Positions 54,801 through 64,000 of a DNA stretch of 64,000 nucleotides are shown in pieces. The notes beneath the pieces were generated by a model that saw only the letters and a list, made by a program, of their open reading frames with translations, made no database searches and was not told the DNA's origin. How positions within the stretch are numbered: the first letter of the stretch is position 1; each line of letters starts with the position of its first letter. Source of the stretch: Camelus ferus (lineage: Eukaryota); the NCBI RefSeq assembly GCF_009834535.1, contig NC_045697.1, positions 94,738,001-94,802,000 on the forward strand, in the 5' to 3' direction. The translations under genes were made by a program, and so were the position numbers.

Positions 54801-57800
54801 CAATATACCTCTGATTGCATTTGAGATAGGAAGTTAGGGTAAATGATGAAATTTTATTACCAGAAAGTGTTATATAACAAAGCCAGTTAACTGCAGAGAG
54901 AGAGAAACTGAGTCTCAAAGGTGTGAAGTTTGTCCTGTAACAGATAAAGCTTCTGGCAAAACTCAAGATTCCTCTGTGGTCTGGTGATATTCCCTCTGAC
55001 TGCACTGTGCTAGTGAACCTGAACATCCACAAATGACCATGAGTCTCATGGGACAAATTCCACAGAAACTGTGGGCTCCATCAAATAACAGTCCAGAGCT
55101 AACTCTGAGTAAATCCCAAGAAGATCAAGAAAGGTAGCCATCCATGCTCTCCAGAGTTTATTACTGAAGGATTAAATTGAAAGATCTTCATACTCAAAGG
55201 GCTTATTTCAAGTGAACTAGTTTGTTCTCATCTGTCTAGATTTAGTTGTTCTGCTGACCAATTTTAGTCCTAATACCTGAAACTAAACGAGAAGCAATAA
55301 CTAGTGGTAATTGCTTTTAAGTATTCAGGTGCTCAGTAGCCTTAAGGATTAACTTCCATGTTTGATATGATAAATGAAGTGAAGGAAGATACCAACAAAA
55401 ATAGAACAAACAAAACATATGTTTCAATATGGAAAATAACCAAAGAAAATAATTATTGTATTGTAAAAAATAATAGGTATTTAAAAAAGGACCTTTCTAT
55501 CATAATTCAGGTGTTTGACCCAGTTTTAATAATATGGGTTATTGTAATTTAAGTTTTACTTTAAGTTAAAGTGATTTAACTCAAAGTGATTAGCATAAAG
55601 TGTGGTACAACATGTTGTATTTTCCTTACCCTCCGTCTCTATAAATGTATTTCCAAATTTTAAAAAACAGTGGATACAGTTTGTGGAAATGATGGTTTTC
55701 ATGCTGTGTAATATGTTGTCTCTAATGAAATCTTCCTAAAATGCTATGGTGGGCCAGCTTCTGTTCTGTTTCAACCTCAGAACATGCAGTGTTCTTATGT
55801 TATAGATCAAAAACATAAGAGAAACCTTGGTAGAATGATTTTCCAAGGTGTTAACACAGGCTTATTTCCTCACAATAATGAAGTCCAGGTAGCTGGCAGA
55901 AATGTTATAAACTGTCAGCTCTTCAACGTTTAAATTCAGTAATGTTTCACATCTCTGTTATCAGCTCTGTCCTAACAGAGGTGGACTCCAGACCACACTT
56001 TGTGTTGGAATGGCATTAAAAGTATAAAACGAGAGAACTCTTTACCTACCCACTGATGTTCTTTCAGCTCCACACAGAAGCAACAAGCCCAGGTTGAAGC
56101 TGCTGAAAACAAACAATTAGAAATCAAATCAAAGCTTGTTTGGCTTCACAATTGAATGCCGAGATGCAATAGGAATTGTAACAATGCAAAGTAATAGCCT
56201 GCTGAATTCAATGAATACAGCTTAATAACTTTGGACCATAGCTAGACTTGGGCAAAATTAAAAAATAATGTAAAGCTCCTTGGGTATGTTCCACTGAATT
56301 AGTATTCTGAGGCAAATGCCTACACACCATCCATAATGAGCACTGCTGGTTTCATTTACAGACACTACCTCCATTAGCTAGCACTAATGTGTAGAAATGT
56401 ATTGTATGCTGGTCTATAAAGGCACACCGAATTTTCATTATGTTTCAGTCAAAAAGTGCTTGTTTTGCAGGATGGAGTCCATGTCAATAAAATGGATTGT
56501 GTGTCACTTAAACCAAGTGACATGCTAATCTTCTAGAGGCCTCTGTCCTTAATCTCTACAGGACATGAGTCAGTTTAGAAGTGTGAGCTGTTCTCACAGG
56601 TACCAACTATTGAGCTCTTTAATGTAAATTCAAAAGCAAAGCTTATCAGTGTGTTTCAGAAATTGCTTCAATGTGGTTGCTGTCTATGAAAAAAAATCCT
56701 CCTTCTTCCCCCAAAATCCATGGGCAACTTCCAAGTTTTTACAGTGCCTGGGAGCACCTTTTAATTATAAAGAAATTGGTTTTGGTGATAGCTGCCCTAT
56801 GACCAATTGGATTAGAGGCATTTCTTCTGGCTATTATGAAACTTACTTGACAGTTGCCCTGTGTAGTTAGGCATGATCAAAATATTAAGTAAAGCAATGT
56901 CCCAATCCAGAACTTCAAGACCCACTAGCCTAAATTCTTAAAAATTATGCCATAAGTAGCCATGTTATTAAAAAAAAGGGCAGAATAATGGGATTGAGAT
57001 CGACTGTGGATTTTTTGGTTTGCAGAGGAAATTACAAAAATATGGAAACACACTTGTGTTGCTTTTTTTATAGTTTAAAATCACATGTATTTTATCATGG
57101 GAATGTTAGAAAACTCAAAGACAACCTACAAAACTTCTTCTAGACCTAAGAGCTAAATCAGTTTACAAGAAAATCTTTAAAATATGAAATTAAATAGAAG
57201 TCTACATCCTATAACCTTTAGCTTTCATTTTCTAAATATCAAGCATACATTTTCTGCTTATGTGTTCTAAACAGAATAAAACACAACAATTTTGGAAAGC
57301 AATGGTCTGTACTCCAAGTTAACACTTTCCAAAATAGAATAAGAGGTTCACATCTATTACTCTGTCTGGTATCACATAACACTTTCTTAATAAACCCAAA
57401 CATGACATTTTGAAGTCAAATTAGGATCATTCACATAAAAAGATATCAACAGAATAAAATAATAAAATATTCTGTCACCTCTGAGATCAAAGCAATAGAA
57501 ATAAGTAATAGAATTAAGGGGTTTGTATATAAAGGAGTATTTTCTTTAATTCAGAATTTTAAAACGCACTTTTTAAATTTAAAGTTCATTTTTAAAAATT
57601 TGTGCAGAATGTATCTTCACTCAGGAAATAAAGTGTGCTGAATCAAGTTTTACTTTTGTTTGATGATTTCATGTCTGTCACTGACTTGTATTCTTGTTAG
57701 AAAAGCCATTTCTCTTAATTATTTACATACAAACACTGAAGAATATTGAGTAGTATCTATAATGATTCTAGGATAAAGCAGTCACTTTTGTCTTTTTAAT

Positions 57801-60800
57801 ATATCCTTCATATTAGGCTATGCTATTCCCACATTCATAGAGTAAATAATGTATGTGTTGTTGAATAACCTGATGAATATTGTAAGCGCTGGTTAATGAA
57901 AAATTACATTTACAACATTAAATCAGTTTACTGATAGGAATAAAATACAGCTTATTTTAGTTTATTGTGAAAAAAAGGTCTGGCTAAAATTTTGGAATCA
58001 TTTGCAAAAGATTAATACTATCATACCCATAAAACAAATGCATGTCTATGTCACATTTAGGAGGAAATTTTTTAAAAATTTGGGAATTAATTCATACAGT
58101 TATGAAGGATGTTGATTTTGTTACTACTATAATTAAGAAATACTTAAATACATAGGCCATTATGTTTTATGCAATAAAAGCAATAGTATGTGTAGATTGT
58201 TAATAGACAGCTTCAGACACTGTACATATAGAAATTCACTCTTGTATGTTAAAAGGACATTCATCCTAGGGTCTTACGGATTACAAAGAGCGAACAGAAA
58301 AATACAAGAGCTGTTACATAAGTTTAGCTCCTAATATCATAGGATGATGATACAGGTGCCAATTGTTTAATTTTGCTAATGAAAGAAAGTTAAATACTCT
58401 TTCATAGGAACTGTATGTGTGTGTTGTTTTCTTGGCTCTTCCATCATAAAGGTCATGGATTATAAATGATTCCAAATATCCTAGGGGTAGCCCAAGCTCA
58501 GACCAAGGATTTTAATGAAGAAACATGTTGGCATCTGAACCGTGGTTCAAAGAAGATTTGACCACTCAAATAAATTAATTGTGACTTATTAATTAATTGT
58601 CAAGTATTAGTTAATTAATTGATATTAATCAATACTAAAGTGCATTGTCTTTTCAGTATTGACCTAATACGCAAACTCAAAGAAAAGAATATGGCATTAA
58701 AATACTTTCTGTTATTATATCTAGCAGTTAAAAACATTTAAAGAAATAAAACTGCAATTTCTGCATTACTAAAGCATGCACAGAAGCATATCCAGGAACA
58801 TCACCTGATATTTTTGACAAACTGACTTACAGAATAGATTAAAAAAAAAAAAGTGACTCTGATGTAACAGGATGTATGTGAAAAGCGATCTGGCAAAATT
58901 CCAGAATCACACTGGTCCTTCTAAGGATGAGCTCCACTAAGTAATCCCTTAGTATTTTATGTTACCGTATTTAATTTCTGACTCAGTGTCAATTTATAAT
59001 TTTAAAATAAATAGATCAAATTTATATGTACTGTAGAAATCTGGGGATTATTTTATATTGTAACATGAGGGAAAATGACACAGTGTAAAAATACTTATAG
59101 TCAATATTGAAAACAGGAGACACTTATTCTTCATTACTTTAAACTACAGTGTGTCAGTTTTCTTTATGTGCCTCCAAGTTATATACAATATAAAACTACA
59201 GTAGGTTTAACAGAATATAAGATGAGGACATTTTCAACCAAGAAAAAACACAAAGGAAACTAGAACATTATTTCCCAGACTCTTCCTGACGTCAGGTGAA
59301 GGGACCCTGAGTAGAAAAGCCTTTTTCCTATTGACTTAAGCAAACTTATTTACCCTGCGAGGGCTGGAAAAAATTGATGCTTGTCACAACAGAGCTAGAG
59401 AAAAATTATTTATTTCCTTATGCAGCTTCAGAAAGTAAATTGATGTATTTGGCCTATTAGAAAAGGAAGGATTGAGCTGAATATGGCTAATCATATCAAT
59501 GATGTACTTTAAGACAAGGAAATAATGTTACAATATCAAGCTAAAGGCATTTGGGGCAGGTTTTACTGCATTTTTTTTTGCAATTGAATCTTTGGTGAAA
59601 ATAGTTGACTGGGTCATGCATATAGATGAAGGATTCATCTTATTTTAGAGGACCTCTTTTATCATCTTACTTTGGACATAAAATTAAATATTAAAATTAT
59701 TAAAAATTCCTAATGATACATTTATTCCTTTTAGGAATTCACACATAAGTTTACTTGGATGCACATAGTTGAGGAACAACCAATTTGTTTGATAGCTTTG
59801 TTAGAGTGAAGATCAAATATGGAAAATATCACAATAAAATATATTGAAGGTTTACTGTTGGCCAGAGACTACGCAAGATATTCAGGTGCATAATTTCATT
59901 GTAAATCTTAGAATAATCATATGGGAGATATCAATATATCCATATCCCAGAAGAAAGGATCAAAAAAGTTAAGAAACTTGCCAAAATTCATGTAAATAAT
60001 ATGTAACGGAGTTGTAATTTGAATCCATTTCTTTGTCCATAACACATACTTTTAAATACTACTTTGGTGTTACTTACATATCCCTTTCAAATCTAAAAGT
60101 GAATGTAATAATTTGAAATAACGTGGAGAACAAGTGGAATACATTAGATGCTAATATTAAAAAGTATCATGTTAAGTACATTTATTTTCATTCCAAGCAT
60201 TTCCTTCTTTAATATTTACTTTGATATATCTTTAGAATAAGTTGCAGTAAGTTTTTCAGGTTTAAACATATGTTTTAAACACTTGTATTCTAAAACATAC
60301 TTTAGAATTGTTTTACTTAAATGCACTTATCCCCCATTTGTAAACTCTTTAAAATCTAAGTACTTGCTTTTACCTATAATTTTTTTCTAGAGTAGTTTTT
60401 TTTTTTTTTTAATTAAACAGAAAAGAACTTTTGAAATATGCCCTGGAATATAAATTTGGACAGCATAATGAGTTATTTTTAGTTATATTTAAAACTATCT
60501 CATTCAGAATGTATGGATTATAATTTCTTTAAAGAAAAAAGTGTTCTTTTAAATGTATCAATCCATAAATCTAGATTATCTAAAGAGAAGATGGCAACTA
60601 AAATTTTAAGGTTTAGATTTAACATTGTAATTTTGCATTAAATCCTTAAAAGCTAATAAAGCAGCAGATCCTTCCTATTAAGATTACAATAAAATTCCTT
60701 CTTGTCAAATTAGAAAATGTTGCTTCTTTAAATAGTGAAAAATTTTGGTTTGTCAACAAATACTTAAGTAAATTCAAAGTCTAACATAAGTTCTGTATTG

Positions 60801-61559
60801 TGGTGTTGATTTTTCCTTAGGCAAAAATCCTGAAATCTTTTAAAAATCATTTTTTGTATTAAAACGTTTGATCAAATAAATAGAAAACAGCCTATTGGTA
60901 TTGGTTCTCTTGTTTAAGGAAGAAAATGGTACAGAGAACTGTTTGTGTTTCCTAAGAAGAAACTTGGCATTGACATTTGTCTCTAACATATATCAAGTTC
61001 ATTTGAATCCTCTGATGTTTTTATACTGGTGTCCAGCTGTTGGAAATGTTCTTGGATTTGTGTGACATTAGCTTACAGATGCTGCTGCTTGATTCTTCCG
61101 CACCTGTTTGCTCCAGTGAGTGTTTGCCAATCTGAGAGAATCAGAGCATGTGGTGCTTGGATATCTAGATGCAAATGCTTAAATTGTACATAATGGAAGA
61201 GAGGATAAAAGTACTTTGAAATAAAGTATATCCTTGCTTTATATATGTTTGGAGTTTAAGGGATACTTAAAAGTATGAACACAGAAGAAATGTATTTTAC
61301 AAATATAAAGAAAAAAGTAAGGGTTAAATACTAAATTATAATTCCACAGAAGGGAATTTATTTATCTTTTTGAAAATTGCTTAAAGGGAAATCTTTTTTT
61401 TCTGTTTATAAATAATCAAACACCAATCTAGGAAATAAAGAATATAGCATTGTGTAATTAACAAAAAACCTGGTCATAATACAGCAGTGAAGAAAGATGT
61501 ATTCATGTTATAATATGATGTATATTTATATTTCTTTCCCTCATGAAATTACAGCATTT

Positions 61560-61850
61560 TTCAGGAAACCACTATGATAACTCGGAAAATTATCACTCTG
61601 CATCAGTACCGTCAAAAGTACCACCTTCCTGGATTAGATTCTGGAACAGAAAAGATATTAGTGGAAAAGGTAGTGAAATCCTAATAAAGTCTGGAGTTTA
61701 ATAGTAATATACCAAAGTTGCTTTTCTTAGTTTGACAGATATTCCATGGTAATATAAACTTGAATACTAGGGAAAACTGGGTGAGAAATATATGGTAAAT
61801 GTTTGTAAATCTAAATTATACCAAATTAAAATGTTTATTTAAAAATATAC
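61560..61850 (+). mobile_element. L1MC/MD-type 3' end
   Basis: cctggattagattctggaacagaaaagatattagtggaaaa..gaaatcctaataaagtctggagttta..ggaaaactgggtgag..tgtaaatctaaattatacc. Confidence 0.78.
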
Positions 61851-62169
61851 CATATTGTGTTGTATCACAGATATAGATTTTATCCATTCATTTAGTAGGT
61901 ATTTATTCAGTGGTTACCGGTGCTAGTCCTTGATCTTGGCACAAAGTGGGCAGTGGGGAATTAAAAACAAAAGACACAACTGAGAAAGTACAGAAACCAA
62001 AGTCCTTGCTCTCATGGAACTCACAGGCTAATCTGGGAAAAAATTTACTAATTGACTGAAAAAAGAAGACACACAATTATAAATTTTAAATTACTTAATA
62101 AAACTGACAACTCTTCTAAGGTGGAAAGGTTGCTGAGAGAGACAATTATTAAACAAATGTCTCTGTGCC

Positions 62170-62520
62170 TTTTTAAGAGTTTTTAAATTGTGGTATAATA
62201 TACATTTAGCAAGTGTACAATTCAGTGTCATTAAGTATATTCACATTGTTGTGCAATTGTCACTACTATCAGAACTTTTTCATCATCTTAAAATGAAATT
62301 GTACCCATGAAACATTAACTCCTTATCCCCTTTCCCTTCTCCTCCCAAAACCTCGGCAACCACTTTTCTACTTTCAGTTTCCATGTACCTCGTGAAAGTG
62401 GAATCATATGATTATTTGTCCTTTACTGTCGGGCTTTACTTAGCATAATATTTCCTAAGTTACCCATGTGGTGGCATGTATCAGAAAATCATTTCTTTTT
62501 AAGACAATCATAATCCATTT
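62170..62520 (-). mobile_element. L1MB-type 3' end, antisense
   Basis: aagtgtacaattcagtgtcattaagtatattcacattgttgtgcaa..cagaacttttcatcatc..ggcaaccacttttctactttc..gtggaatcatatg. Confidence 0.85.
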
Positions 62521-62559
62521 ACACAGTTATCCACCACTGCTATGTTTAAGCAACACCAA

Positions 62560-63140
62560 AGTGTGCAAAGGGAAAGGTCACTTGAGGAGTCAGATAATGG
62601 ATGGCGAGTGGGAGTGAAGGGGGCTGGAAGAAAGAGAAATTCTGCAACAGAGGAAACAGTGCGGCCCAGAGGCCTGAGGCCAGAAAGGGACTGGCCAGTT
62701 TTCAAGACTGAGAAGATCTGACCCAGGTATGGCATCACATCATACAAGGACATGTGTGCCACTGCAGTGTGTTTTGCATTTTATTCTGTGTACTAAGAAA
62801 ACACACTGAAGGATTTTATTTTTTAAGTAGGGATATCCTATGGCTTAACTTTTTTATGTGAAAAATGGATAGGAATAAGACAGGAATATATGAAGTGAGA
62901 CACATTAGGAAGCTATCACTTCAGTGGTCCAGGTATCGTTACTGCCTTGTATGAGGAAGGTGGAGTTTGTAATTTAGTTGCGGGGAACTTGGTGATGAAT
63001 CCAGTGAAAGCAGTGTTGGAGGTAAAGCTGTTGGGAATCACTTTCAGGTTTCTATTTTTAAGAACCAGATGCACAATGGCATCATTTACCATTGTGGAAG
63101 AACATGTTTTTGGAAATTTCAAATTTGAATCATCTATTAG
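62560..63140 (-). mobile_element. L2 fragment, antisense
   Basis: ttttgcattttattctgtgtac..cactgaaggatttt; attaggaagctatcacttcagtggtccagg; tttgaatcatctattagatat. Confidence 0.65.
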
Positions 63141-63271
63141 ATATGAAAACTCTTCTTGTTATCATTAAAGAAAGTCTTTCCCTTGACTTTAGGGCTACTT
63201 AAAAAGGAAAAACCTTGTAAATTATTTTTTGGGGGTTCATTTTGCCACTCAAGAGAAATACTAACCTGGTA

Positions 63272-63400
63272 GGGGAGGGCATAGCTCAGTGGTAGAGTGT
63301 GGGCTTAGCAGGTACAAGTTCCTGAGTTCAATCCCCAGTACCTCCGTTAAAAAATAAACAAACCTAATTACCCACACCAAAAATAATAATAATAATAATA
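63272..63400 (+). mobile_element. tRNA-derived camelid SINE (Vic-1-like) with Pol III boxes, (AAT)n tail and TSD
   Basis: A box tagctcagtgg (63282-63292), B box gagttcaatcc (63324-63334), tail aataataat...; TSD aagagaaatactaacc (63251-63266) / aagagatactaacc (63401-63414). Confidence 0.9.
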
Positions 63401-64000
63401 AAGAGATACTAACCCTACAGAATAAACATATTATCTTTTTTTTTAATTTTGCTTATTTCACTCTGGCAATCATACACTACTGGAAGAGAAGCAAGCTTTA
63501 AAAAATTCACCTAAAACCTTCCTTAAACAATCATTTTATTTCATAGAGGCATTAAAATTTATTACTCATAATTATCGGGTTAATTTACTCTAATTTGTCA
63601 AACCTGGTCACTCCAGCAAAATTTGTACTACTTTTGAAGTATATTACAAAAAGACCTGACTCTACAGGGCTAATTTACTGTATAAATCCAAATCTTACAA
63701 TTCACTTTATTTTAGAGATTTATTCTCAATTTTACTGTCCTTTAATATATTCCTCTCTTTTACATTATAGTTTCATCATTTCTACTGTTTGGTCAAATTT
63801 CTTGAAATCCTTTTTCTTTCCTGCTTGAATAGAAGTGTCCCAGGAAAGGAAATCTATTTGTCACCCATTGTTAAGACTTTAAAACTGTTGTCACTTAGTC
63901 ACATAATCTTATTGTGCTTGGAATTTTATTGGTTTTATGCCACCTCACAAGCAGCTCCTTCCTTTTGATATTTTACAATATAATTAATCTGGTGATTCTA

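Noticed and set aside
63272..63345. tRNA gene
   Set aside because: A and B boxes are present, but the SINE body, (AAT)n tail, TSD and a second diverged copy at 49452-49579 show it is a SINE.

Overview
AT-rich mammalian genomic DNA, most likely from a camelid: two copies of a short tRNA-derived SINE of the camelid Vic-1 type are present, along with cetartiodactyl-type L1 3' ends. There is one supportable protein-coding gene, PABPC4L (minus strand, intronless CDS 15756->14644, 370 aa, four RRMs, no linker or MLLE domain). It has a CpG island, a predicted 5'-UTR intron and a predicted ~3.5 kb 3' UTR. The rest is gene-desert-like sequence with decayed L1, L2, MIR, MaLR/ERVL LTRs, ERV1 solo LTRs, microsatellites and a repeat-poor stretch (~52-61 kb) with candidate enhancer motif clusters. 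Main observations: (1) the encoded PABP carries Ala at the position of PABPC1 M161 (the eIF4G-binding mutant M161A) and Leu at F337, and lacks the C-terminal interaction domains, so it looks like a natural poly(A)-binding decoy; (2) a 39-codon in-frame fossil of the PABPC4 linker follows the stop codon, suggesting truncation by a GAG->TAG change; (3) an L1 fragment is flanked by a ~175-bp direct duplication ending at a TTTT/AA site, an apparent giant target-site duplication; (4) several nested TE insertions have readable TSDs. I found no wholly new multi-gene system. Repeat family names and paralog alignments were made by eye from remembered sequences and need computational confirmation.
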